A stretch of DNA of 64,000 bases, taken from assembly GCA_964035545.1 (NCBI GenBank), contig OZ037767.1, positions 13,377,801-13,441,800 on the forward strand, written 5' to 3'. Both the position numbers and the translations under genes were made by a program. Below, piece after piece: positions 26,848 through 52,500 of the stretch. The DNA comes from Bugula neritina (Eukaryota; Animalia; Bryozoa). Under the pieces are notes generated by a model. That model searched no databases, was not told where the DNA came from, and saw only the letters and a program-made list of their open reading frames with translations. How positions within the stretch are numbered: the first letter of the stretch is position 1; each line of letters begins with the position of its first letter.

Positions 26848-27246
26848 TGATACAGCATTACATAATGAAGTGGCTGTGGGAAGTATACCCCTCAGTACCC
26901 CCTACCTAGTACCTACAATATATTATGAGGCAAATAATGCCTCAAGGACGACAACTCCGTTGGCAATGCCGCAGTCCCGTGCGGCACCGCATCACTAGCT
27001 CTCTACGGTGACACTGCCGGAACCTTATCCTAACCAATCAAGATCAACCCCTCATATATAAACAATGCCTTCCGGCGCCCAATGCAGTTGAGACGATAGT
27101 TGGTAAGTAAATAGGTTAACTTGTGTAGTATTTACTTCTTGTATCCCTTCTTTTTTTACAATTCTGTATGCGATTTTTAGTGTGCGTAATTGAGATACTA
27201 TTAATACAGTTCTCTCATTAAACATCTACTGGCTCAGTTCTTTACA
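26848..27246 (+). mobile_element. Candidate solo LTR or compact TATA transcription unit
   Basis: TAAC|TG...CA|TAAC; CCAAT 27034, TATATAAA 27055, Inr-like GCAGTT with A at 27086, GTAAGT donor 27103, acceptor 27180 or 27209, ATTAAA 27217. Confidence 0.5.
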
Positions 27247-28196
27247 TAACCTCACAGTAAACATGCGGTAATTATTCAAGCACACAATAACATCCTTAAG
27301 AGTAGTGCATAAAACTGCACCAATAATTTATACAACATATTATATACACAAGTTAAAGCTGACATCCTAGCTATAGCAATTACATTAAAAATGATGCAAG
27401 TCTACAGAAAATATGTTAGTTCTTTATCGATCTATAAAATTTCTGGCTCTTTTTTCAATCTTCATATCAGTTTATAATACATAAACTGATTTCAAAACTC
27501 AATTCCGTATAATTCATTTTCATGTCTCTAATAATAAAAAATCAAATTTCAAAAGTTGTGTCTATATGACCGTATAAATGCATTAACCCTATCAAGGGCA
27601 TTTTCATAAACGTGTTATGTTATGGAATAGTTTTTTGACCAAAAGCCTATTTAAGCAGTAACACATATCACACATGTTAGTGCGAGTACCGACGCTATAG
27701 CACAGTTTATTGTAACTTACCTTGTTTATTGTCAGGGTATAGCTACTATATGTTCTACGGAATCTACAAATCCCAAAGCTAACTGACCACCTTGATAAAC
27801 AGTATAAGGTCACATGCTTAAACAACTACATAAAATTGAAAAAACCACACCTTGACTGTTGCTGTATTACAAAGACATTACATAATATTATATTTACTAT
27901 ATATGAGAAAGTAGGAGCTAGTCATGACTTATGAGATAACATTGACATTGCGTTAGCAAACAGCTGTATTTCAATAAAGTGTACAATAAAACAACTTCCA
28001 ATTTATAGTTTTTTGGGGTTTTTTTGTTGATTATTGAATATTCCTGAAATGAGTTGAGATATGAATTCTGTTAAAGTTATTTCCAGGTGGTCATCAATAT
28101 TATCAAATGGTGTAGAATATTTATACTGTATTGATCGCTGCAGTCACTATTCAATTAGAGTCTTATAAATAATGCCCAATATGTGTAGTTATAATA

Positions 28197-28430
28197 GGGA
28201 GCAGCCCGGGTCTAGGGACAAGAGTGTTAGCTAGTAAACATGAAGTCATAAGTTTGAGTCCCCCACCCCACCCCCCCCCCTTCAGTAAAGGCCATTAGTG
28301 ATGTTAGGAAGAGCATCCACTCATAATATTACTCTTGTTCCACATCTGAATAAGTTCTTAGCTCATTTTTAAAAAGAACTTTTTTCATTAGGGGTTCTCA
28401 CAGGGATAGTGACTATAAACTTGCGTGAGT
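28197..28430 (+). mobile_element. SINE copy with an oligo-C expansion at the B-box
   Basis: Colinear with the 1314-1526 copy from GGGAGCAGCC to GACTATAAACTTGCGTGAGT. Confidence 0.85.
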
Positions 28431-29712
28431 ACTGGTAGTTATACTAGTATATTTTATGCAGCAAACTCGGATATTATATAACATGGAGCTATATAACCAG
28501 GTTAAAAGAGGCGTCATCATGGTAGACACAATTCCTAAATGTAAGGAGAGATTTATGGGAAAAGGGCGTTATAAACATTACTGCACATTTCATCATAATA
28601 ATATTATATGAAGAATTTCAATTATAATTACCATTTATGCACAGCACGATTTCTTATTGATGGATCATGAGTAGTGAGATCTTGGGGAAACCCATTCTAT
28701 TGCTTGTTTCTATATACCAGCTTGTCATAGTCGCATATAAAATGCCAACACTAGGGATAAACTTTTATTCATATGATTTGAATATAAACTTCAAAGTCCA
28801 ATTGTAATGATCAAAATTTTATTTGAATAACAAATCTACATAATCTGTGAAAGCCAGCAGTTAAAAATCAAATTTACACTAATTCAATGAAAATTATTGA
28901 AAATAAAACATCCCTATTGCTATGTAGTATAGACTACATATAAATTCTACCAGCATTTGAATATAACTATAAAAAAAATCATAAAATTCATTCAACTACT
29001 TGCTTATTTAAAAGGAAATGGTTTCACATTATATAATCAGTGAGAAAATGGGATCTGATAGCAAGGTTGGGACGGGTGTCTGTATACCCTTCCCCACCCG
29101 CATTGAGCAAAGATAGAATTAGAAAAATAGATGCAACACTAATGGATATAATACAATTATACGACAATAACAGTTTGAATATTAGCAAAACCCAAAATTC
29201 ACATCAATAACATGGAGTGTATTCTATAGATTGTCTACGCTGTTTTGATTACTTTTAATCTAACTACCAACTAACGGATAAAAGATTGAAATAATTAAAA
29301 TTTATAACTAATAGAAAATTCGACATCATTTATGATAACAAGTCAGCTTCTACAGAAATATTATAATGTGTTCATATAAACCAAGTTCATAGCACAATCC
29401 TGATAGTTACCAGAAGATACCAAGATCCACTCAGCAACATCAGTTCTAGAGCTGTGCACAATCTTGAGCTTGAATTTATGAAAATGAAACTGCATAATTC
29501 ACATTGCTAATAAAAAAGAATTCTCAATGAAATAAGATGACATTTTTAATATCTTTTAGCCATGCAGTAACAACCCAGTCAAATACTATAACATATTAGC
29601 CACAATAACTGTGAAATCAAACATAGAAGTTTCCAATCTAAGAGTATTGTGTATTCAAAAACTAGAGTTTTATTACAGCCATGTTGTAGTTTCCCTGCTT
29701 TAATAAGTAACA

Positions 29713-41487
<11,775 letters not shown>

Positions 41488-41824
41488 ATTTATCTTCTAA
41501 AAAATGGCTGATTCTTACATGTAAGATGTAAATAAAGTGATTCCGCCTTCAATAGTTCATAGCAAGCAACTCACATGCACAAAGGTAGTACCAAAAGGTA
41601 ACATGGAAGCGACATCTGCTAAATTTTGTAGTACACGCTGGAATATTTTAAATAGTTACTTCGTCTGACCAATAGAATTACTGAGGCGAGCTATTGGTAT
41701 GGTAACAGGTGCGCGTATTTTGGCGGGTTAGTGAACAAACCTTCCTCCGCACAACGTTGATTTACTATTTCGAAATATATCAACCGCACCTAAGGGTCGC
41801 TAACAATATATATCCGTTACAAGT
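41488..41824. promoter_or_regulatory. Bidirectional promoter between the SRCR-ZP gene and STX6
   Basis: Divergent ATGs 337 bp apart; CCAAT 41669-41673, ATTGG 41693-41697, E2F-like TTTTGGCGGG 41718-41727. Confidence 0.7.
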
Positions 41825-44800
41825 ATGGCTAAGGAAGATCCCTATTTTGTAGTCAGAGAGTATGTTTGATATTAATATTTATATATCATTACGCTCCGTT
41901 GCATTGTACAATCGATATTACAATAAAGTATTTTTTATTTGTATAAAGTAGTATTTGCCTGTTTATTTTAACCCCTTCAATGTGACATCGTTCAATTTTA
42001 AAGATCATGAAATTCCAATTGAAATTATTATTATTACAAATTGAAATACATTTTGATTTACAATTTTAATTTGAATTTCATGATCTATTGTATAAGTGAC
42101 TATAAGTATAACTTGAAGTTAAACAATAAGTATAAGATTAAATATAAGTATACTGTATAAGTACAACATTAACTTTAAGAATAATTTTAACTAATAGTTC
42201 AACTATTACTATAAGTATAAGTATAAGAAATAAAAATGAACTCAAAAAAAATTAACAATGAGTTAAAGGCGGTAAGCTTCCAGGTTATTTATTACATTTG
42301 AGCAAAAGTTTGCATGCTTTTCAACTGTTTTATCAGCATTTTATCCAATTTCTTATACGAAAACACTACAAAAATGTAAGTAAAAGTGGTCATATTAGGT
42401 GTCTTGGACTTGCCCAGACTTGCCCGCGAGCGTGCCCTCCGTGTCCTATTCTGACGTGGGGATGGCAAAATAGCCCTATTGTAGCGTGAGTTTATATCGC
42501 GTAAAGTTATTAAGAAGCGGGTTTGTCACAGATTCTCGTTATTCGTAGTTCAAATCACATGAATGTTACTCTTCGGGCGGCTACTAATAACTAACGTTAG
42601 CTACGCAACATCAAGAAAGGTAACTAATTTGACTGTTTTCAAATGGACTATTCCATTTCGCTAGTTTGTAACTTGCTGTAAATCACAAAATAATTATTTT
42701 CCCTATTTTAATTTCAATTATCATGTCGACCACACTACCAGAAAATTACTCTTAAATATGCAGTAAATGATGATTTTCAACCGTTTTGTGATGAATTATA
42801 GGTTAGTAGTTGTCTACGTAAAACCAAGTTTTAAAATTTGTAACTGAATCAGTGAAACTAAATCACAGTATCAGTATGACTATGAGTATCACTAGTCTAT
42901 CACTATGACTATGAGTATGTCTATGACTCTCACTCTAACTCTAAGTCTATGACTGTCGCCTATTGGTGAACTATTATTAATAATATTCAATGGTTATATT
43001 TATTAATACTATTATCAGTCATAATGATAATCATAATCATATGACAGTATCAGTTACGGAGCAGAATCAGTTTCGAAACTATTACTTATAATATTAGTTA
43101 TAACTATAAGTATAAGTTATACCAATAGCTATATTTATATTAATATAAATATTTATATTCATAGTAATACTAATAACAAATGTAAAATTATTATGTTAAT
43201 AGTTATACTTGTAAGTTATAATATAAAACAAACGACACAAGTATTAATTTGAACTGCTGGTCTTAAAATAAAAAGTAAAATAAATAATAATATAAATAAT
43301 AAAATATAAATTATAATAATTTAATTATACTAATACTAATAGCAATACTTATACAGTAATATAATTATAATAAATTTATAAAATTTAAACAACTTTAAAT
43401 TTAAGGAACAACTTTAAATACAAACAAAGATAATATTAAATAATTATAATCATAATGATCATAACAATAAATATAATTATGATTCCAATAATTATCAATA
43501 TATTATATAATATTTAAATTATTTTAATTTATAATTATAATCATAAATTGTATAGTTATAGTGAATAAATTCAATTTGACATAACTATAATATTATAAAG
43601 CAGTCAGCCTATCTCTAATTCTGATTGAAATTCAGATTGTTATGACTGTATCATTATTCACTAACTCTAAGAGTAAGTGGCTACAATTATTAGTATCAAT
43701 GTTGTGTTAGAGTACTATACCCATTGGAATTTTGATATATCCATTATATTTACAACTCTGCCTGTTACAGCTATTAATAAATTGAACCAAAATACCAACA
43801 GTGCCTAATCATCGCCTTATTTATAAAATAATCACAATCATAATGCTCAAGTTAATAGATTGGAAATTATTGAAAATTATGTTGATGCCAATATAAATAT
43901 GACATTGTATGCATCCAAGTAGTGATGTTGTAATATATCTTGGAAGATAATTACATTATAATAAGAGTTAAATTCCTCTAAGTAACTTTTTTGCAATTAT
44001 TCCTTAGAATAACTATAACTTATACTCCTAACATTTAATAGCGCATTAGTTTTAGATTGAGCTACTAATTGTATTTATTGCATGTGAAAGTTAGTTATTC
44101 TCCGCCAGCTGCATGAATGTGACTGGTAAATTTTGTAACCTTTGGCAGTAATAACTTGGTAGCATAAATTAGACACATTTTTATGAAAATACATAATTTT
44201 AATGCTATAGCTGCTAGTAATTCTAATGGGTGTAATAATATTACTTTCACCAGCATTAATTTTTACTTTGTTCATGCTTCATAAAGCGTTTTCTAAATTC
44301 TTTTTTGAATAAATATACATATAATGTGCTGAATAGATTACATATGTTGGGGTTCTTCCTATACTGCAGCTCAGCCTACACTCCCCGCCACAAATGTTCC
44401 TAAACTACTAGCTTCATCAGGATACAGATTGATGGAGCTGTATTGATAAAAACTTCTCTTTTTAGCAGTAGAGGCATCATGAAAAAAAGGCAAGTATTTT
44501 ACTCAATAAGAATTCGGTTTTTTACTTCTACAAATTTGATAGCCTACACGATTCTATTTAAATGGAAACTGGTCTGACATAATGTGTCTGCAATTTATTA
44601 GTTATAATATAGTAAATACTATGCAGGCCTATAGATCAAATGGCTCAAAAAAAATTAAATAAAACATTACACAATGCTGTATTTATTAGCAATGTAATAC
44701 TTAGCAACTAATTTCACATTATCATTGTTTGCAAAGTTTTATATATCTACATATGTTTGTTCAATTCAGTGTTCTGAAGTAGAAGGTTCCAACAGCAGGG

Positions 44801-47800
44801 AAAAGCCTTGAACAAGATATTATGTTCTACATCTCCAACTCATTTTAACTTTGCTGGTCAGTTCATTGTGTATCTGGAGCATAGTTTTGTATTTTCAAGT
44901 AGTCCATCAGATACCTTTGTAGGTAGTAAAGATTAAAATGTTTGTGCAATGATGTCCATAATGTTGAACTGATTTATTGAAACTAAAACTGTTCTTAATT
45001 ATAACAAAACTTGACAATCTTTACATAAAGAATAATGTCCTATAATCTATCTTCATTGTAAACAAAATTAGAAAGTTCCACATCAGCAAATTGTTTATCA
45101 TCATCTGTAGGTGGAAGAAGCTTGCACTCAGTTATAAAGGCAAGCTGACGGTGGTTTTCTTTGCCTTCTATGAAGATTTGGAAAGAGCCAGAAAATTAAT
45201 ACTCTATAACTGCAAAACCATGTTGTAGTGTCTTGTGTTATTGATTGAATCATCTAAAAGAAAAATTGTTGTATCATTATAATTTTACTGTTAATGAATT
45301 AGCAAATCTACTTATCTTGGTAAATATATTCAAGAACAAATACTATAGTGTAACTCAGTTTTGGTTATGTGTATGCTCCTTAAGCAAATTTACAGCAGAT
45401 ATCAAACTATATATTAGAGACTGATATAGGAATTAAATTTAAGCTAACCATGATGATGTAAATAGCTGTTGTATGTGACTTCGAGAACTCTGCTGGCCAT
45501 GTCAGTTCAAATACACCAGGGTGATCTGTTACGAATTTCATGTCATTATTGAAATTCAGCTTTTTCAAGTGCCTCTTCACAACTCTGGCAGCATTCTGAC
45601 TGCTCCTTAGCTTTCTGCGCCTGAAATTTCTTCTACTTGCACCATTCTTCTATTGGTGGAATGTTAGCCTATAACAAACAGGTGTACCAAAGCTAAAAAA
45701 AATATCTAATTCACTGCACTAGGATATTATTCAACTCATTTAAATTTAACATATAGCAGTAAAACAATCACATAATTGTTTTTATTTTATCAGCTTTACT
45801 TTACAAAGCTGAACCATATAATTTAGTAACTTGTCACCATAATAAACTTTGTACAACATACAAATTGAAAACCTGATGTGATTGCTTTTTTAATAGAATA
45901 TACATCAAAAACATGTTACTTTGATAAGCGTGTTTATAATAAAAGTATTAAACCAGTTTGAAAAGATTATTTTGTTATATAAGGGATCACAAAACTACAT
46001 CATTTTAGACCTGTAGCTCAATGTTCCTCAAGCAACGGGCTGCTATGACTAATTAATTTTCTATCATTGCATTTGATTGTTCTACTCATAGTGTATTGGC
46101 GAATTAAAATTATTGGTAATTTAATGTATATTTTAGCTACCTCTGTACAATCAATGTCATAGTAATATCAATTAGGTTTTAAATTTCACTGAGTTTATAG
46201 TAAATTACTGCAACCGTTACATAACATTTGGCTAGTTCTCTAGTTCATTAAATAACCATACGAACTTAAATTTACAACATGACAAAACACACAAAGCAAA
46301 ATTAAAATAAGCATATTATGAACCAATGTAAATGATAAGCGATAATGCTGTTATAAAACATAAATTATCAAATTGAAATAGTTATTATTACTATTAGTAT
46401 TACTATCATTATAACAACTATAACTATTATTAGTATTACTATTACTATTAGTATTAGTATTAGCAAATTAGTAGTAAAAAATGAGTAGAGCTCAACATAT
46501 ACAATCTAGCTTACTATAAAAGTAGAAGTAGAACTTTTAAAACTATCATCTGCATCATTATCAGAACTATGAGTAATACTAGTAGTTGTACTAATAGTAA
46601 TACTAATTATTAATACTAATAGTATCACTATGAGTATGAGACTTGGGCTGGCAGTGATTATCAGTATCAGCATCGTCATAGTCAAAAGTTACAAGAATTA
46701 GAAGCCATATTCATATTCATAGTAATAGTCAATCATTGATTGAGTTAATGTCATAGTGATACTCATACTCATAATTAATTTATACGATACTCATACTCAT
46801 AGTGATAGTGATACTTCACCGTGAATTTAATAATAATTTTAATTTAATATAAATAATAAAATATTATTATTAATATTATCATTGTTGCTAATATTATGTC
46901 TTACTCTTAGTCTAACAGCAGCTCTATGAAGAAGTTAAACATAACTGATAAAACAAATTTCAAAAATAATACTGCAACAATCAATATAATGTATATCAAA
47001 TTCAATATGCTAGCAACCTAATTTTCAGCTCACTTCATTAACTTTCCGTGCAGTATTGTGAATTGTGATGAAATAAATTTATTAATGGTGACCTTGACAT
47101 CTTCGTCCAAATGCCTTTCACGTCAAGCCCCGAACCAATTTGTAAAAATTTTGGATTTTTTACTTTTGATTATTTTTTACGAAAAGAGCTTCAAAATAAA
47201 TTTAAAAAAAAGTGAGCTGTTGTCCACATGAAAAGAAATATATGAGCTAATTTTCTAAATTCAGGAAGTTACCAGAGGGTCACAATATTTTTTTAAAAAA
47301 ATCTTTATTTTCACGACAAGCTCTATATATTAATATAGAAAAAAAGAAGACAACTCTTTTTTCAGATTTTTCATGCGCCACGGTCACGTCAATATCAGTG
47401 CTATTAACACATATATTTTAATTCATTTTTTCTGGTATATTGAGTTGAGATTTTTTGTATATATTTTGTGAATGCTACTAAAAAAGTATGATCTTTTAAT
47501 TAACAGTAATTGATTTTATCAAAATAACCTGGATGCTTACGATGTTTAAACGATAGGTTCAAGTATTACTATTAGTATTTCTACTACTATTAGTATTGCA
47601 TTTAGTTTTACTCTATTAGTATTAGTGTTAGTATATTCATATTGATATTTAAATTAAAATATAGTTATACTTTAAGTAAAAGTTGTTCGTTACAGTTTAA
47701 CCCAATCACAACATGGCTATGAGTTAATCTTATTCTTATATTAAATTTAATTAATTTCCTATTTATTAGTGTTGCATTTACATAAATAATTAATATGAAT

Positions 47801-50800
47801 ATTAATAATGATATAGTCAATTTTATTATAATTATATTTATTATGCCTAATCTTATATTTGTAACTACACTAATAGTTATACTTATAGTCAATTATTATA
47901 GACAGGGTTATACAGTTACACTTACAGATTAGTGTTGCACTTCCACTTTGACTTATTCTTAGACTTATGTCTTATCATAGTCCTTAGTGTTGCTGTTAGT
48001 GTTTGTGAATGGGTTAATGTTATACTTATAGTAATAGTAAAGCTTAACCTAATTCAATTACTAATTTCAATGCTAATATAGTACTAGTATTAATACTATT
48101 AGTATTACTAATAGTATCAGTAATTTAGTATTATAGTTACGACCATTACCATAACTTAAATTATATTATAAACTCACGCAAGTTTATAGTCGCTATCCCT
48201 GTGAGAAACCCCTGATGGGAGGGTTTTTTGTTAAATCGGGCTAAGGATTTATTAAGATAAGGCACAGGAGCAATTATGACTGGATGCTTTTCCTAACATC
48301 ACCAATGGCCTATGTCTGGCCTCAAACCCATGACCTTTGTGCTTACTAGGCAAACGCTCTAACCCCTAGACCACGGCTGCTCCCGAACTTAAATTATATT
48401 ATATTCATTATAAATATTTTGATTATTATATATAAATATATATAATTATTTTATTGATAACCATAAATATAATAGTTAAAGTTATGGTAATAGTTGTAAT
48501 TGTAAAAATAATAGTAATAGTATCACTATTGGTAATAGTAAGTGTAAGTATCAAGCTTAGATTTAAACGTTGAGTAAGTGTTAGTGTAATTACTAAGTAT
48601 AGTAAACATGATGTTAACTGAAAGTTGTCGCAATGTTGCTGTTGCAATATTAAAAATCCAAAGTTAAAACTAAAATAACTAGTAAAAGCTACTCACTTTT
48701 ACTCTAAATCTGTAAATGTAGGCTGTACTTATTTCACCTTGTTAGTTTGGCTGTGGGAGGTAGTCTTAAACTAACAGTAACAATCACACAGTATCAGTAT
48801 GCTACTGTCATTGTGCGATTGTTACTGTCATATAGTCATACTGATACTAAGTATCAGTATGACTATATAACTCATCGTTAATTTTGCTGTGATTAATTCT
48901 TTCAGTTGCTGTAAGAGTAAAACATAATCTGTAAAACTTTACTTCACTTTTAGTATGTACTTACTATAACTATCTATTGTTTTATTGTTTAATGGAAAAT
49001 AGTACATTAAAATTTAATTACGTCTACATATATATTATACTATTATTATATTTACTTTAATATTAAGTTTGATTTTCAGATGTCAAGTTTTAATTTGTAC
49101 TCGAACACTTTCAATTTATATTTCAATAGACTGCAACTGACATGCTGAGCTTTAGCATTACCTGAATTAAATTCTAGTTCAAGATGTGGTTAAGAAAAAG
49201 ATTAATTTTAAATTTATTTTGCTAGTAATTTATGCAAGGCATTCCTCAGCTAAGTAATATTTCATTGCCAGAAGATATGAATTGTCACTGTATTTAAAAT
49301 ATTAAGGAATAGTAATAACAGATTAAGTATAAAGGAATAAAATTTTAGTGTTTGCTCAATTTATTTCAATAGTTGATCTATAACAGTAACACTGTACAGA
49401 CATGAGTTCAGTTTGATTGGCCAATAAATTCCTTTAACTGTTTAAATAATTAATTTATCTGGATTTAAATATGAAGCAATATTGTTACTTAAACATAGCA
49501 CTAGCTAATGATTTTATAGTTAGTTGCTATAGTTAATGGATATAATTTCAAAATTCAATTTGATTAGAGTTTGGACTTGCAGCAAATACTTATGCATTGT
49601 AATTTACAGTTTTAATATTTGTGATTATTTCTTATTGTCAAAATTTTATTATTAATTTTAATAAAAACTTAGATATAATATTATTATATGTTATTAAAGC
49701 CTTTAAAACCATGTATTTTGCAGCATATATTGGTAGAAGGGAATTAGTTTTTAACTGCTTAAGAATTTTATCTGGTGGTAATTTCATTAGTCCATGTTTG
49801 AATAATAACTTTATTTATTGCTATATGTTGGTACATGGCAAAAGGAAATAAAGGAGCAACAGTTTATTTTAATGTTCTTTTATTCAGATTTAATTTTTAA
49901 AATCATGAGAAATGATGATGTCATTACTTGTTTTCCAGTGATGTTAACGACTCGTTGCTCAAAGTCGAGCAATCGCTGCAGGCGTATAAAACTCAGCTGC
50001 GAGCCAATGGGGGAGATCCACGTCTGCCGGACCTTGCCAGAGACATAAAGAATTCTATTAGAAGCATAGAATGGGATTTAGAAGATCTACAGGTTTGTTA
50101 ATTGAATGCAAAGTTTAGCAGCAATTAGTATCAGCTTCATGGTGCTAAACAGAAACGTCATCAGCTAGTGAGCCATCATCCCTAATTAATTCAAATTATG
50201 TTGTGCACGTACAAAATGTATTAGAAAATTAATATGCTTGGGCATACTACCCTGAATTTAGCTGATAGCCAAGATGTATGTTAATGATTTAATACTACAT
50301 AGATGTAATGTGTCGGGAATAGTAAGTAAGCAATCGGGAGTTTTCCCCTTTTTGATAAATAAAATAGTTAGAAAATTTACATGCAATGTTTTAATTTAAT
50401 AAAAGAGTATATGTTATCATTGGTAGGAAACTGTATCAATAGTAGAGAAAACACCTAGAAAATTTAACCTCACCTCCGAAGAAGTAAGGGAAAGACAGAA
50501 CTTTATTAGAACAGTGAAACATAAACTTGCCACCCTGAAAGATGAAAGTCAATTTAATGGAGCAGAGGCTAGCAAAAAAAAGAATGCAGAGAAACAGGTG
50601 GTTTAATTAGTTGAAATTGTCTCCACTCTAGACATCTACTCGTAATCTGCAGTCGTGAAGTGTTGGGGTAAAAGATTCGTCGCTCAACAAATTGATTTGT
50701 TGAATTTAGTTTTTGGGGTTGTCTTCTAGAGTAGAATTTAGTATTGCAGTATTCCCTTTGTATGTCGCTAGGCTACGGGTCCCAAAATCTCAATTCATGA

Positions 50801-52500
50801 CATAGTAAAATACTAGATTTAACTCATGGATCTGTTAAATTCAGCCATTTTGTCTGTATACATATACATAGGCCACAAAATGGGGTCTAAGCCCTTCTCG
50901 TCACCTGTAAGATTTTGTGAGAAATGAAACAGTGAGATATAGAGGGAGTACTGTATTATATACTTATTAGGAGTATTTGAATATTGCAAAACTTTGTGAC
51001 TGAATAATAAAACAGCATATTGTTGCAGTCTCTGTTGTCCACATCTGTTCACTCTGGAGGTGCTGCCAGTCAGTACAACACGTCAGGGAAGACTTCCGCT
51101 GCTGCCGCTGCCAACAGTCAGTTTATAGAAGAGACACAGCAGCAACAGCAGGTCAGTCTTACAATGTGTGTCCAACAGAAAAAAAATGTTAATTTCGATA
51201 AAAAAATCTGCATATGGTGATGATGCAACTTGTGATAACCTTTTTAATTTAATGTAACAATGACAGTCGCTTTCTCTGATGCAGTGCTCCTCTGTATCTC
51301 ACTCAGCTACGGGTCTCGAAGCCTCAATTCTTAACATAGTAGAATAACAGACTTAACTTGCTGATCTTTAAAATTCGGCCATTTTGTTTGTATACACATA
51401 CATTGCCACCAATCGAGGCTCCAAGTCCTTCTCGTGACATCGAGAACCGTGAGATACAGAAGGAGCACTGTACATTCATTTCTCGGGATTGATATTCAAT
51501 CATTAGTGTGTATATATCATTGAGCTCTTCTTGTAATCTAACATTATATGACACGCAGCTGATGATTAGAGCTCAAGATGAGCAGATTGACAATATTGGA
51601 GCCAGTGTGAAGGTGTTGAAGAATCTGAGTACACATATAGGGACAGAGCTCGAGGAGCAACACGGGTCAGTATCTTCTCTTACACATGAGACTGGTGCGT
51701 CTGCTTTCCCTCAGTATAACGCTGCAAAAACAAATGTTTGGCTATGTTTATTAATTTTTTGTAATTTGTTTGAAGCTGGTTTATGCTGTGAGATTTGCCT
51801 CGGGCTTGTTCCTCTGTCTTCTTGTGTCGGTATTGAGCCTAGATTCGGAATTTGTTTTTGTTGAGTTTTTTTGCAAAATCGAAACTAAAAACTGATACTG
51901 TTTTTGGCACTGCTGCTCAAATTAACCTAACTAGTCTCAAACTATGCATAGCTCTCTCCAGTGATGGTTGAACACAAGCTGTACCAAAAATACTCACAAC
52001 ACAAAACCAAAAAATGCTGAAATACTAAAATAATTGTTGGTATTCCTAATGCCAGCAAAGCCCTACTTTATTATCTTCGGTACTAGTGGAACACTACTTT
52101 TTTGATTCATCTGCTCTTTGACTCACTCATTCATAGCCTTTGTTCTCTAATATTCAGTTTGTTGGACGAGTTCGGACATGAAATGGAAAACACAGGCAGT
52201 AAGATGGATAATACAATGAAAAAGATTGCCAAAGTTACAAAGATGTCTACAGGTTAGTCGACTCATCATTGATCTCTTCTATATTTTCTTCAAAACATTT
52301 GAGGTCATATTGTAGCATGTTTATGATACTTATTTACTGAAGTGTATAGAAATATAAGATTTATCTTCTCTTGCTAAATACTCTATAGAATACTAGGAAT
52401 AAGTTGTTTTCTTCTGCTTGTAGATAAGAGACAGTGGTGTGCTATTGGAGTGCTGCTGCTACTAGTGGTGATATTAATTATACTGATTTCTGTGCTATGA
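41825..52500 (+). CDS. STX6: Syntaxin-6 (Qc-SNARE)
   Basis: Exons 41825-41859 (MAKEDPYFVVR), 49939-50092 (IRSIEWDLEDLQ), 50427-50597 (ETVSIVEKTPRKF), 51029-51151, 51559-51665 (QDEQIDNIGASVKVLK), 52158-52252 (LLDEFGHEME), 52424-52500 (DKRQWCAIGVLLLLVVILII, TGA); ~8-kb first intron. Confidence 0.95.
45068..45668 (-). pseudogene. Decayed P2X7-C-terminal (ballast)/KolX-like gene nested in STX6 intron 1
   Basis: Two acceptor-led segments (45668-45449, 45253-45068) giving EEWCK*KK..SECCQSCEE, FVTDHPG, FCSYRVLIFWLFPNLHRRQRKPPSACLY and PPTDDDKQFAD, interrupted by stops and frameshifts. Confidence 0.6.
48171..48385 (-). mobile_element. SINE copy, full length, with 18-bp target-site duplication
   Basis: AACTTAAATTATATTATA at 48153-48170 and 48386-48403 flanks the element. 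Confidence 0.92.

Noticed and set aside
42263-49706. One large Kolobok element from TTAA|AGGC at 42263 to GCCT|TTAA near 49700 enclosing the KolX-like relic
   Set aside because: Only 4 bp of terminal match and no recognisable transposase remnant.
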